DNA of 64,000 bases from assembly GCA_044376115.1 (NCBI GenBank), contig JBILLK010000008.1, positions 1 to 64,000 on the forward strand, in the 5' to 3' direction. Position 1 is the first letter of the stretch. The number at the start of each line of letters is the position of its first letter. The stretch comes from Polyangiaceae bacterium. Lineage in GTDB: Bacteria; Myxococcota_A; Polyangia; Polyangiales; Polyangiaceae. Under the pieces are notes generated by a model, which had not been told where the DNA came from, made no database searches, and saw nothing but the letters and a program-made list of their open reading frames with translations. The position numbers were made by a program, and so were the translations under genes. Shown here in pieces: positions 47,786 through 57,364 of the stretch.

Positions 47786-48913
47786 ATGCTCGACCACGGC
47801 CAAGCGCTACCCCACCTGCTTCCGCCCTCGGCCTACGCGAGCGAGGAGCACCACCGGCTCGAGCTCGCGCAGGTCTTGCGCCCAAGCTGGCATTGCGTCG
47901 CCACCCTCAGCGACTTCGCGAACCCCGGCGACTACCGCACCATCGAGCTCTTGGGGCGGTCCCTGATCCTGCACCGCACGAGCCGCGGAATGCGGGCCTT
48001 CGTCAACGCCTGCGCCCACCGCCATACCCAAGTTTCTTCGCTGCCCTGCGGCAATGAACGCCGGCTGCGCTGTCAGTATCACGGCTGGGAATACGACGCC
48101 GAGGGCGTAGCCTGCGTCATCCCCGACGCAGGCTGCTTCATGCCGCTCGACTATCAAGCTTTGAGGCTCGAGCCGGTTCGCTTGGAGCAGCTCGGCCAGC
48201 TGCTATTCGTCTGTCTGGAGCCCGCCTCACCGCCGCTGCGCCAGAGCCTCGGTGCCCGCGCAACGGCCGCCCTCGAGGCGTGGTTTGGGCCAGGCGTGAG
48301 GCAGGCCGCCGCTATTGGCTTGGACCACGACTGCAACTGGAAGATCCCGGTCGAGAACTCGCTCGAGGATTACCACGTAAAAATGTTGCACGATAACTTC
48401 ATCGCCCGGCATCCCAAGCTGTTCCGGCTGTTCCAAGGCCGGCCGCCGGCGGGCAAACCGCGGTATGAAATCGATGACCACTTCTCGTCCGTGCACGATG
48501 AATTTGGTGCGAGTTCGGCGGGCTACAGGTTTGCGCTCAAGGCGCTGCGCAAACAAAGCAGCGTCGCCTTCGAGCATCTGCATGTTTTCCCGTCGATGTT
48601 GTTGGGCCAGACCGGCCTGGTGACCTTCTTCCAGTCGGTGTTGCCCACGTCGGTCAACCGTTCACGCAGCTTGGTGCGCATCTTCCTCGACCTCGGGCAA
48701 GCGGGCACGCCGCTTCACGAGCGCGGCTTGGCGCCCCTCGCGGATAGGCTCGTAGCAGCGATGTTTCGGGCGCTGATGCGAGAAGACGAACGGGTGTTCC
48801 CCGCCGCGCAAAGCGGCATGCGAGATAGCACGCGAAACGGCCTCCTCAGCGGCCGCGAGCAGCGTGTTTACGCCTTTCACCGCTACCTGACGAGCACGCT
48901 CACGCGCGCTTGA
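47786..48913 (+). CDS. Rieske non-heme iron oxygenase alpha subunit (choline/carnitine monooxygenase-like group)
   Basis: CAHR...CQYHGW Rieske motif; NWK..ENSLEDYHVKMLH iron site; distal ED. Confidence 0.9.
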   Translation: MLDHGQALPHLLPPSAYASEEHHRLELAQVLRPSWHCVATLSDFANPGDYRTIELLGRSLILHRTSRGMRAFVNACAHRHTQVSSLPCGNERRLRCQYHGWEYDAEGVACVIPDAGCFMPLDYQALRLEPVRLEQLGQLLFVCLEPASPPLRQSLGARATAALEAWFGPGVRQAAAIGLDHDCNWKIPVENSLEDYHVKMLHDNFIARHPKLFRLFQGRPPAGKPRYEIDDHFSSVHDEFGASSAGYRFALKALRKQSSVAFEHLHVFPSMLLGQTGLVTFFQSVLPTSVNRSRSLVRIFLDLGQAGTPLHERGLAPLADRLVAAMFRALMREDERVFPAAQSGMRDSTRNGLLSGREQRVYAFHRYLTSTLTRA

Positions 48914-49763
48914 CCGCGACCGCCATCCGCTCCTGCCGAAACGGCAGCGAGAGCTGCGCATGGCCCCCAAAGCGAGCCACCCACTGCCGAGAATTCTCGT
49001 CCTGCTCGACGCTAAACCCATAATCTTGCAACAGCCCAGCGAGTTCTTCCCGCGTGAAGTTGGCTCCCAGCGGCTCACCGACCACCGACAGACCGATATC
49101 GAGCAAGCGACGCAAACCCTGCGGTATCGGCTTAGCGGGCGTACTCATATAGGTAACCGCTAAACGGCTGCCCGGAGCGCTAGCGGCGCTCAGCACGCTC
49201 AAGGTCTGCGCCACCGCCTCACGCGGCAGATACATGGTTACGCCCTCCCAAACCCATACGCTGGGCTCGGTAGCTAAATGCCCCGCCTCGCGCAGCGACC
49301 GAGCCAGATCATCCCTCGTAAAGTCCACAGGCACATAGCGCAAAGACTTCGCGAGCGGCGCTAGCGACTGCGCTCGGGCGCGTTTGTACGTTTGGGAGGC
49401 CGGATGGTCCACCTCGAACACGGTCACCGCCTGCAGACAGTCCAGCCGATAGGCCCGCGCATCGAGGCCCGCGCCCAACAGCACCAGCTGCGAGACCCCA
49501 GCCGCCTCGCGCACGGCCTGATCGATCGCCGCGGAGCGCAGCGCGAGATGGTCCACGAGCCCCACCGAAGCCACGCGCAGGGGCCATTGCGCGAGCCGGG
49601 CCCAAGGCGCGCCAGTGCGCGGAATCAAGGACGCGATCGGGCTGGGCAACAAGCTGCGCGCTGCCTCATCCGCCAGCGTGGCTTGCGTGATGGGCGCAGC
49701 CGTAGCCACACCGCGCGCAAAGCAAACGATCCCAGCAGTCATACTCGGCCAATCCGATCGCAT
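48900..49763 (-). CDS. Class I SAM-dependent methyltransferase (LCM-like)
   Basis: QLVLLGAGLDARAYRL, FEVDHP and WEGVTMYL motifs. Confidence 0.9.
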   Translation of the reverse strand: MRSDWPSMTAGIVCFARGVATAAPITQATLADEAARSLLPSPIASLIPRTGAPWARLAQWPLRVASVGLVDHLALRSAAIDQAVREAAGVSQLVLLGAGLDARAYRLDCLQAVTVFEVDHPASQTYKRARAQSLAPLAKSLRYVPVDFTRDDLARSLREAGHLATEPSVWVWEGVTMYLPREAVAQTLSVLSAASAPGSRLAVTYMSTPAKPIPQGLRRLLDIGLSVVGEPLGANFTREELAGLLQDYGFSVEQDENSRQWVARFGGHAQLSLPFRQERMAVAVKRA

Positions 49764-49828
49764 CAGCGCTTCGCTCCAACAGTCAGTTGCAGCGAGCGTG
49801 ACACAGACCCGTTAGGATCGCAGCCGCA

Positions 49829-50698
49829 ATGAGCCGTGTGGCCAGCCGCAAGCCGCGATTTCTCCTCGGGAGCCTGCTGCTCGGGATCGCGCTCTTGGCT
49901 TTGGGTCAGGGGCTCACCTTGGTGCACCACAAACCCTTCTCCGACTATTGGTATGGCTTGGTCTGGACCGGCTTCATCCTCAGCGGCGATACAATCATTG
50001 GCCTGCGCACCGGCGCCTGTCTGCTGCTCCAGCGCCCCCGTGAGCTGTTACGTATGTTCGCGCTGTCTGGCTGCCTTTGGTGGGCCTTCGAGCTAGGCAA
50101 CGCCACGCTATTCGACAATTGGTCCTATGCAGCTAGCCCGGAGGTACCTCATTGGCTGCAATGGCTACGCAGCTGCTACTTCTTTGCCACCTTGTTGCCG
50201 GCGACCTGGGTGGCCTCTGGGCTCGCTGTGATGATGATGAAGGCTCGACCGGCGCCGCATCGGTCAGCGCCTAAGCTCGCGGGCGTGGGGCTTCTTGTTG
50301 GTGCTATCTGTGGGCTGCTTGCCCTCGTTTTGCCGCAGCTGAGTTTGCCACTCTTGCTGCTTTCGCTCGGTCTATTGGCCGATAGCCTCAACTTGCTCCT
50401 CGCTCGACCTTCCCTCTTGGGCTACGCCGGCCAGCGCTCGCTTTCGCTTATGGTAGCCATCTCGGTCGGCAACCTCGCGGCCGGCGTCGTGGGGGAGGCC
50501 TGGAACTACCCGGCCCACCCGCGCTGGAGTTACGACGTTCCCTACGCCGGGGAGTTCTACCTCTTTGCCATGCCGCTACCGGGCTATCTTGGCTATGCCG
50601 TATTAGCGATAGATCTGTTCGCGCTTTATCACCTGCTCGGGCGGCGTCGCAAAGTGAGCTTCCCTGCCGGCCACCCCTATACGGTGATGGGGCTCTAG
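49829..50698 (+). CDS. Hypothetical integral membrane protein with two similar halves
   Basis: WAFELGN..NWSY and GEAWNY..WSY..P..MPLPGYLGY motifs; multiple hydrophobic segments. Confidence 0.7.
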   Translation: MSRVASRKPRFLLGSLLLGIALLALGQGLTLVHHKPFSDYWYGLVWTGFILSGDTIIGLRTGACLLLQRPRELLRMFALSGCLWWAFELGNATLFDNWSYAASPEVPHWLQWLRSCYFFATLLPATWVASGLAVMMMKARPAPHRSAPKLAGVGLLVGAICGLLALVLPQLSLPLLLLSLGLLADSLNLLLARPSLLGYAGQRSLSLMVAISVGNLAAGVVGEAWNYPAHPRWSYDVPYAGEFYLFAMPLPGYLGYAVLAIDLFALYHLLGRRRKVSFPAGHPYTVMGL

Positions 50699-50749
50699 CC
50701 GCCCAGGCAGATGACGAGGCTCCTGGTCTGCTGCTAGCGTCAGCGGCTG

Positions 50750-52084
50750 ATGCGTCCCTTCACCGCGCGCGAGCTAGCCGTCAATGTCGCTGGCATCGCT
50801 CGCCAATACCCGGCCTTTCGCCTGAGGCCATTCCTGCCGCTGGCGCGCACGCGGCAGTACCAACTGCAGGCGTTGCAACGGCTGCTGGCGCACGCCGAAC
50901 GGGCGGTGCCGCTGTACCGTGAGAAGTTCCGCAAAGCGGGCGTACAAGCGCGCGACCTACGGTCACTCGCGGACTTCGCTCACTTCCCGACCACCAGCAA
51001 AGACGAAGTTTTAGCCGCCTATCCCGAGGGCGCTTTGAGCCGCGGGCTCGCTGCCGAGCGCTGCCTCGTGTCCAAGAGCTCCGGCTCGACCGGACAGGTG
51101 CTGGAAGTCGTTCATCAGGCGGACCAGCTCGCAATCCAAGGCCTGGCGATGAATCGGCTGTTATCGCTCTATGGGCGCTATTGGCCGTGGGACCGATTTG
51201 TTTATGTGTATACAGCGCCGTATCCAGCGCATTCATTGCTGGGCGCCTGGCCGATGCACTTCTTGCCCACGCTCGCTCCAACGGCCGAGCTGGTGCGCCA
51301 ATTAGAGCAATTGAGGCCCACGTTGTTGGCCTGCTACCCAAGTCATTTGCGCGCGTTAGCCGAGGAGCTTGGGGCCAAGCGCTGCAGGGCTCTTGCGCTG
51401 CGGGCCATCTCGGTCTCCTCGGAGGCCTCCAGTGCGCAGGAGCGTGCCGAGCTCGGGGCGATGTTCGGCTGCGGCGTCTATGATGAATATTCGACCGAGG
51501 AACTAACGCGCATAGCGGCGCAATGTCGCTTTGGCGCATACCACCTGTTCGAGGATGTCGCCTACATCGAGACGCTCGATGAGGCCGGCCAATCGACAGC
51601 AGCCGTGGGCGAGGTCGTCGGGACGTACCTCCACAACTTCGCGATGCCGTTCATTCGCTATCGGCAGGGGGATCTGGCTCGCGTCAGCGTCGGCGGCGGC
51701 TGCCGCTGCGGGTACCAGTTCCGCTCGCTCAGTGAGCTCGTGGGCCGCAAGCTCGCAAGCTTCACCCTGCCCAGCGGCCGCGTACTCAGCTCCGGCTTTC
51801 TGCTGGATGCGTCCTACAGCTTTCTCTTGGATATCGGCGCCGATCTGGCCGGCTTCACCATCACCCAAGAGACGCTCGATCGCGTGCTAATTGAGCTATT
51901 GCCCGGCAAGCACTACAGCGCAGACAGCAGCGAACAGGTGCGCAGGCGCTTCCTCGAGCTGGTCGCCGAGCCGATCCACGTAGAGGTCAAGCTGGTCTGT
52001 AGCCTCCGCCGCGGGCCCGCCGGGAAACACAACCCGATTGTCTCCAAGCTGCATTCAAGCACTGGAAGCAGCAAGCCGGGCTAG
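50750..52084 (+). CDS. Phenylacetate-CoA ligase (PaaK/CapK)-like adenylate-forming enzyme
   Basis: SKSSGSTG, YDEYSTEE and MPFIRYRQGD motifs. Confidence 0.85.
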   Translation: MRPFTARELAVNVAGIARQYPAFRLRPFLPLARTRQYQLQALQRLLAHAERAVPLYREKFRKAGVQARDLRSLADFAHFPTTSKDEVLAAYPEGALSRGLAAERCLVSKSSGSTGQVLEVVHQADQLAIQGLAMNRLLSLYGRYWPWDRFVYVYTAPYPAHSLLGAWPMHFLPTLAPTAELVRQLEQLRPTLLACYPSHLRALAEELGAKRCRALALRAISVSSEASSAQERAELGAMFGCGVYDEYSTEELTRIAAQCRFGAYHLFEDVAYIETLDEAGQSTAAVGEVVGTYLHNFAMPFIRYRQGDLARVSVGGGCRCGYQFRSLSELVGRKLASFTLPSGRVLSSGFLLDASYSFLLDIGADLAGFTITQETLDRVLIELLPGKHYSADSSEQVRRRFLELVAEPIHVEVKLVCSLRRGPAGKHNPIVSKLHSSTGSSKPG

Positions 52085-52093
52085 ATGCCCGTG

Positions 52094-52180
52094 CTAACTA
52101 GCCGCAGCGCTACCAAGCGCCAACAGCAGGAAGACAACCACGACGGCGAGAGAAGCGATGTGCCTTTGACGATTCGACAT
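52094..52180 (-). CDS. 28-aa signal-peptide-like small protein MSNRQRHIASLAVVVVFLLLALGSAAAS
   Basis: ATG overlaps the desaturase TAA (TAATG); GGAAGG RBS-like sequence upstream; basic N-region plus hydrophobic core. Below the ORF-track length cut-off. Confidence 0.7.
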   Translation of the reverse strand: MSNRQRHIASLAVVVVFLLLALGSAAAS

Positions 52181-53553
52181 TAGCTGCCTTCCAAAAGTGG
52201 TGGTGGAGCCGTCCAAGCGGGCGGCCGATGCGGACAGAGGACCACAGCAAGGGCGCAGCCAGCAAGGATCGAAAGCACGTCCTCACCAGCATAGGTCCCA
52301 GCGACGACACCGAAAGCTTGCCCGAGCTCCAATCCCACAGCGACAACGGCTGCCAAGGCGACCCAGCCAAGGCGGGCCCGGCCCGTGCCGCCCGACCAAA
52401 TCAGCAGCAGGGCGGAGGTAAGTGCATAGGCCCATAAAAAATCGGGCAACACGTAGCTGAGCGTCTCTGGCAGCCAATCCACGAAGCGGCCGCCATAGGG
52501 AAACCAGGCCAGACTGCGCGGCAGCGTCGCACGGCACGTCAAATAGAGCGCCACCCCCAAGACGATCGGGAAGGCGACGTGCGCCCCGAAGCGCAGCAGC
52601 GCAACCTCGCGTGCGCTTTGCGCAAGGAGCACCGGCTCCGGCGCGGTGTTCCCCTCGCGATCCACCGTCTCCGCGATGGCGCCAGAGCGCAGCGGAGCGG
52701 AGCGCGCAAAGCCCCGCAACAACGAAGCGAGCGGAAGCACGGGCGGGAACCCAGCCTCTTGGGCGAGCAACCTACGCAGGCGAGGCAGGTTGAAGAACGG
52801 GACTCCGGGATAATGGTGGTGCTCCCAATGCATACCAATGTTGTGCGGCATGACCAGCCAAGCCACCCACGTGGGCAGGCCGATGCGGTGGGTGTCACGC
52901 GTGCCGAGGTGCTCGGTCCAAATCCGTAGCCGCACGCCCGACCAGAACACCGTGGCAATGGCCGCCACGAACAAGATGGGCACCCAAAGCGCGTCCAGCG
53001 ACCAAGCCATCAACGCCACGAGCGACCAATACAGTAAAAAGCCAAGCGCTTCAGCGACGCTCACCGGGCGGGTCAAACGCCCCGCTACCGCCAGGTGCGG
53101 TAGCCCCCCCAACACCAAGTCGGAGAGGAAGTCCCGCGTTACGTTGAACGGCGAAGCGGGCAGCGCCCATTGCTTCATCGCGCGCTTGTGGCTGATCTCC
53201 GGGTCCCCTTCGGTGCCGAGCAGCTTGTGATGCGCAAAGTGGTAACGCCGGTATCCACCAAGCGTCAATCCGAGCGGCCACGCGGCCAAGACGCTCCCCA
53301 GCGCGTCATTGAGCCAGCGACGGCGTGAAACGAGCCCGTGTGCGGCATCATGAAAAAGCGCCCCAAGCGCCTGCTGGCGCGAGCCCAGGGGAAACAGCGC
53401 CAGCGCATAAGCCAGCGGATGATCAAGCTCCGCAGCGCCTACGAGCGTGGCCACCACCACAGCCCAATCGCCGAGCGCCGCCACCACAAACCGCAACGGA
53501 TTGGGCCTGCTCAATTCGGCGACTTGGGGTTCGAGCTCAGCCACGCAAAGCAC
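52180..53553 (-). CDS. Membrane fatty-acid desaturase-family protein fused to a C-terminal VanZ-like membrane domain
   Basis: His boxes HDAAH, HFAHH and HWEHHH; extra domain with LPDFLW, ELGQ and GTYAGED. Confidence 0.85.
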   Translation of the reverse strand: MLCVAELEPQVAELSRPNPLRFVVAALGDWAVVVATLVGAAELDHPLAYALALFPLGSRQQALGALFHDAAHGLVSRRRWLNDALGSVLAAWPLGLTLGGYRRYHFAHHKLLGTEGDPEISHKRAMKQWALPASPFNVTRDFLSDLVLGGLPHLAVAGRLTRPVSVAEALGFLLYWSLVALMAWSLDALWVPILFVAAIATVFWSGVRLRIWTEHLGTRDTHRIGLPTWVAWLVMPHNIGMHWEHHHYPGVPFFNLPRLRRLLAQEAGFPPVLPLASLLRGFARSAPLRSGAIAETVDREGNTAPEPVLLAQSAREVALLRFGAHVAFPIVLGVALYLTCRATLPRSLAWFPYGGRFVDWLPETLSYVLPDFLWAYALTSALLLIWSGGTGRARLGWVALAAVVAVGLELGQAFGVVAGTYAGEDVLSILAGCALAVVLCPHRPPAWTAPPPLLEGS

Positions 53554-53607
53554 GCTTGTCCGGGCACGTTACGGCGACAAGAGCGCTGGTGGCGTCGCGT
53601 CCATGGT

Positions 53608-54636
53608 ATGAGCTCGCTGATGAGTCGGGGCGCTGTGGCGGGAGAATGGCTGCATTCGTCGGCCTTGCCGCATCGGCTCCCACCGCAAGCCTACTATGCT
53701 GAGGACCATCACCAGCTCGAGCAGACAAAAGTCTTCGCCGACGCCTGGCATCCGATCGCCACCGTACACGAGCTAGCTGCGGGGCCTATTCGCCGGCGCT
53801 TGGGCGAGCAGACCCTTCGAATCACGTTGCTGCAGCAGGGCGAGAAGCCTGTGGTCGAGGTGCTCGAGCTCGCGCATCCCGCCTCGCGGCGCGGCCTTCG
53901 AGAGGTTCGCCACGAAGAGCTCGGCGCGTTTGTGTTCGTCACGGTTGGTGAGGACGCACCTGCGCTCGTTCAGTCGCTCGATGAGCATAGTGTTCGGCTG
54001 CTGCAACAGCCGAGGAGCCGGTTCCTGCGTCAGGTCGCGATGCTCGAGCAGGTTCAGCCGTGCAATTGGAAGGTCCCGCTCGAGAACGTGCTCGAGAGCT
54101 ATCACGTAGCGGCACTACACAACAATTGGCTCGCTCGTCACCCGGAGCTGTTCAAGGTGTTTAGTGGCAATCGGAGTCCCGGGCCTGCACATCGGCTGCT
54201 TGACAGTTCAACCTCCTACTTTGATTCTTTGGGCGCAGACTCAACGCTCTACCGCCAGCTGCTTAGGCGGCTCGCACCTCTGGCTAGCACCGACTATATC
54301 CACCATCATCAGTTCCCCAACCTGATTATCGGCCATACCGCTATCTTTCATTTCGTGCAGACAGCGCTTCCACTTACGAGCACGAGTTCTCTTACGCGGA
54401 TGTGGCTACTGCTCGAGCTCGGGCGCGCGCCAAGCCAACTCGAGCAGCTGCTCAGCGGCCTCACCTCCAACCTTGCGCGACGCTTCATCGAGCGGGTGAT
54501 GCAGGAGGATGCAGCTGTCTACGCTGCGGTCCAGCGCGGGCTCGCCTCCAGCCGCAACGCTGGCGTGCTTGGCACCCGCGAGGAGCGCATCCACCAGTTC
54601 CACAACTATCTGATAAATCGTGTCGAGGCCGCATGA
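53608..54636 (+). CDS. Rieske oxygenase paralogue keeping the catalytic domain but lacking the [2Fe-2S] domain
   Basis: LPPQAY..., NWKVPLENVLESYHVAALH, MQED and REERI present; no CxH/CxxH. Start at ATG 53608 or 53620. Confidence 0.8.
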   Translation: MSSLMSRGAVAGEWLHSSALPHRLPPQAYYAEDHHQLEQTKVFADAWHPIATVHELAAGPIRRRLGEQTLRITLLQQGEKPVVEVLELAHPASRRGLREVRHEELGAFVFVTVGEDAPALVQSLDEHSVRLLQQPRSRFLRQVAMLEQVQPCNWKVPLENVLESYHVAALHNNWLARHPELFKVFSGNRSPGPAHRLLDSSTSYFDSLGADSTLYRQLLRRLAPLASTDYIHHHQFPNLIIGHTAIFHFVQTALPLTSTSSLTRMWLLLELGRAPSQLEQLLSGLTSNLARRFIERVMQEDAAVYAAVQRGLASSRNAGVLGTREERIHQFHNYLINRVEAA

Positions 54637-55196
54637 GACTGCGACTTGCTCTTCCAGCCCTGCTCGCCCTCTATCATCCGCTCGTCGCCCTGGCGGACGA
54701 GCCGAGCGACCCTGGCTCCGATTGGACGACGCGGGATAGTGGGCTTCGCATCGGCGTTGGCGGCGGGCTTGAATTTGCTGCCTTCCCGATCTTTCCGAGC
54801 GCGGTCAGCACAGTCTTCGAGGCCAACTTCGACCTGCGCTTGGCGCGAGCCGTGGACCTGCGCCTCGCAGGCTCGCTCGGGTTGCTACTCGGCCAGGCGG
54901 ACGATACCTACTTGGCCTTTCTTCCGGGGGCCTTGGCCTCGCTCCGGATCAACCCTGCTCCCTACTATTCATTGTGGCTCGGCTATGGCGCCAAGCTCGG
55001 GGTTGCGGCGGAGCTCGACGACGCAGATTCGCTGGGAGTGCTGCCGCTGCACGGCCCTTCACTTTCATTCTCGAGCTTCCGCTTTGGTTCGCGCGGCCAG
55101 TTTGAGCTGGACCATTGGGGGACGTTCTTCGTGGCGCCGTTCTGGGGTTACGGCGCGAGTCTGCTGCTGCGCTACAGTTTCCCCGAGTCGAGCTAG
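54633..55196 (+). CDS. Hypothetical exported protein, possible small outer-membrane beta-barrel
   Basis: Signal peptide (ALA|DE), alternating amphipathic strands; ATGA coupling to the upstream gene. Confidence 0.6.
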   Translation: MRLRLALPALLALYHPLVALADEPSDPGSDWTTRDSGLRIGVGGGLEFAAFPIFPSAVSTVFEANFDLRLARAVDLRLAGSLGLLLGQADDTYLAFLPGALASLRINPAPYYSLWLGYGAKLGVAAELDDADSLGVLPLHGPSLSFSSFRFGSRGQFELDHWGTFFVAPFWGYGASLLLRYSFPESS

Positions 55197-57364
55197 GCGT
55201 GCGCTACGGCTTTCTCGTCAAGCGGGCGTGTCACCGAAGCCAACAGGCTGACGCTGACCGGGATACCGCTAAAAGCTGCATTGCCCGATAGCTCATCGAC
55301 CTCCTGATCATCGGTTAGGTCATTGAGGCTCACGCCAGCGTGCGCCTCGGCGACCCGCATCCGCGTACCGGGGCGGGAATGACCAAAGCCGTGCGGCAAA
55401 CTCACCACGCCGCGCATCACCTCATCGGAGAGCTCGAGCGGCACCTGGACGGCTCCCACCCGCGAGCGGACCTCCACCACTGTACCTGACAAAAGCCCGC
55501 GGGCGTTCGCGTCCTCCGGGTGCATCAGCAAGGTGCAGCGCGCAGGGCCTTTTACCAACGCCTGGCTATTGTGCATCCAGGAGTTGTTGGAGCGCAGGTG
55601 CCTACGACCAATCAACAAGAGCGAATCCCCCACCTCGGCACGGCGCTTGGAAAGCACCCGGTAGGCCTCGCGCAACAGCTCCCTCGGCGCGAGCGCGATG
55701 CGCTTATCTTTGGTCTCCAGAATGCCCGGTAGCCTCGGCTCGAGCGCCCCAAGATCGAGCCCGTGCGGGTGCTTGCGTAGCTCCGCCAAGGTGAGCCCGC
55801 GGCCACGCACACCGTGCGGCCCGAGCCGCACCAGCACGTCCAAGAGGCCCTCCGGCCCCAATTGGCTGCCAAGTCGATAGAGCCACGCGCCCAGCGTCCC
55901 TTGTGCGCCCTGGCTCTCGAGTCGCAAACCGAGCCCAAGCCTGAGCAGCAGCTCCCAATCTTGCTTGCCCGACGAAGGGATCGGCGCGGGCACATACTTC
56001 GCCACGTTGCGCACCGCAAAAGCATTGATCGCAATATCGTAATGCGAGCGCTCGACCGGGGAGACGGCCGGGAGAATGACCGTCGCATGGCGCGTGGTCT
56101 CGTTTACATAGCTATCGACGCAGACCATCATCTCGAGCGTCGCGAAAGCTCGATCCAGCCGCGGACCGTTCGGCGCCGAGAGCACCGGGTTGCCCGCCAC
56201 TGTCAGCAGCGCCCTTACCTGGCCTTCTCCTGCCGTCTCGATCTCGTCGGCCAAGGTGGCAATGGGTAGCTCGCCCGAAACCTCGGCGAGCCCGCGCACC
56301 CGACTCTTGAAGCGACCGTGCCCCTTGAGTCCAAGGATCGCCGCGAGCTTGGTTACCTCGACAGCTGGGGTGGTGAACATCGCGCCGCCTTCCCGGTCGA
56401 GGTTGCCGCTCACCACGTTGAGCGCCGTGAGCAGCCAGGCCGCGAGCGTGCCAGAGCGTTGGTGGCACATGCCCACTCGGCCGTAGGCCGCAGCGCGCCC
56501 AGCCGCCGCGAACTCGTCGGCCAGCCGCCGAATCGTCTCAACGGAGATACCAGTCTCCTCACTCGAGCGAGCAAGCGGGCAGGTCCGCACCAGCTCCTTG
56601 AGTTGGTCAAAGCCGTGCCAATGCTCGCTGGGCTGACCGAGCCCCCGCTCGATCAAGAGGACGTGCAGCAGGCCCAAGAGGAAGTAAGGATCGCTCGCAG
56701 GCCGCAGGAACACGTGCTCACTCGCGAGCTCCGCCGTCTCGCTCCTGCGTGGGTCAACGACCACCACCTTACCGCCGCGCTCTTTGATCGCGAGCAGCCT
56801 CCGCTTCATATCGGGCGCAGTCATGAGGCTGCCGTTGGAGACCACCGGGTTCGCCCCGAGCACCAATAGAAAGTTGGTGCGGTCCAAATCCGGGACCGGG
56901 ATCAAGAACGGGTTACCGAACATCAGCTCGGCCGCCAACATCTGAGGGACTTGGTCTGCGGAAGAGGCTGAATAGAGATTCTGCGTACCGAGGTTGCGGA
57001 GCACAATCTGCCCAAGCGATAGAAGTCCCAGGTTGTGCGCCGTCGGGTTCCCCTGATAAACGGCTAATGCATTGGGGCCATGCTGGTCGCGAATGCGCTT
57101 CAGACCCTCCGCGGCAAGCCGCTCAGCCTCCTCGTAGCTCGTCTCGCGGAAGCCGCCGGAGGAGGTCCGCACCAGAGGCTTTCGTAGCCGGTCCGGATCT
57201 TCATACAGATCCTTCATGCCGATCACTTTGGGACAAACGAAGCCGCGACTCATCACGTCCTCGGGGTCACCACGAACCTTGCTGATCTGCCCCGCCTCCT
57301 CCGTCACCAGGATCCCACAGGAGGCCTCGCACAATAGGCAACTAGCTACCTTTGAATTGGTCAC
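55193..57364 (-). CDS. Molybdopterin-dependent oxidoreductase (DMSO reductase family)
   Basis: CLLCEASCG, CPK, DPDRL, GANP..SNGS and GRRHLRSNNSWMHN motifs; GTG 57364 overlaps the upstream stop. Confidence 0.92.
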   Translation of the reverse strand: MTNSKVASCLLCEASCGILVTEEAGQISKVRGDPEDVMSRGFVCPKVIGMKDLYEDPDRLRKPLVRTSSGGFRETSYEEAERLAAEGLKRIRDQHGPNALAVYQGNPTAHNLGLLSLGQIVLRNLGTQNLYSASSADQVPQMLAAELMFGNPFLIPVPDLDRTNFLLVLGANPVVSNGSLMTAPDMKRRLLAIKERGGKVVVVDPRRSETAELASEHVFLRPASDPYFLLGLLHVLLIERGLGQPSEHWHGFDQLKELVRTCPLARSSEETGISVETIRRLADEFAAAGRAAAYGRVGMCHQRSGTLAAWLLTALNVVSGNLDREGGAMFTTPAVEVTKLAAILGLKGHGRFKSRVRGLAEVSGELPIATLADEIETAGEGQVRALLTVAGNPVLSAPNGPRLDRAFATLEMMVCVDSYVNETTRHATVILPAVSPVERSHYDIAINAFAVRNVAKYVPAPIPSSGKQDWELLLRLGLGLRLESQGAQGTLGAWLYRLGSQLGPEGLLDVLVRLGPHGVRGRGLTLAELRKHPHGLDLGALEPRLPGILETKDKRIALAPRELLREAYRVLSKRRAEVGDSLLLIGRRHLRSNNSWMHNSQALVKGPARCTLLMHPEDANARGLLSGTVVEVRSRVGAVQVPLELSDEVMRGVVSLPHGFGHSRPGTRMRVAEAHAGVSLNDLTDDQEVDELSGNAAFSGIPVSVSLLASVTRPLDEKAVAHA

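Noticed and set aside
49775..49792. Third copy of the Zur-like palindrome (CCAACAGTCAGTTGCA)
   Set aside because: Wrong spacing and an imperfect left half-site; no zinc-related genes nearby.
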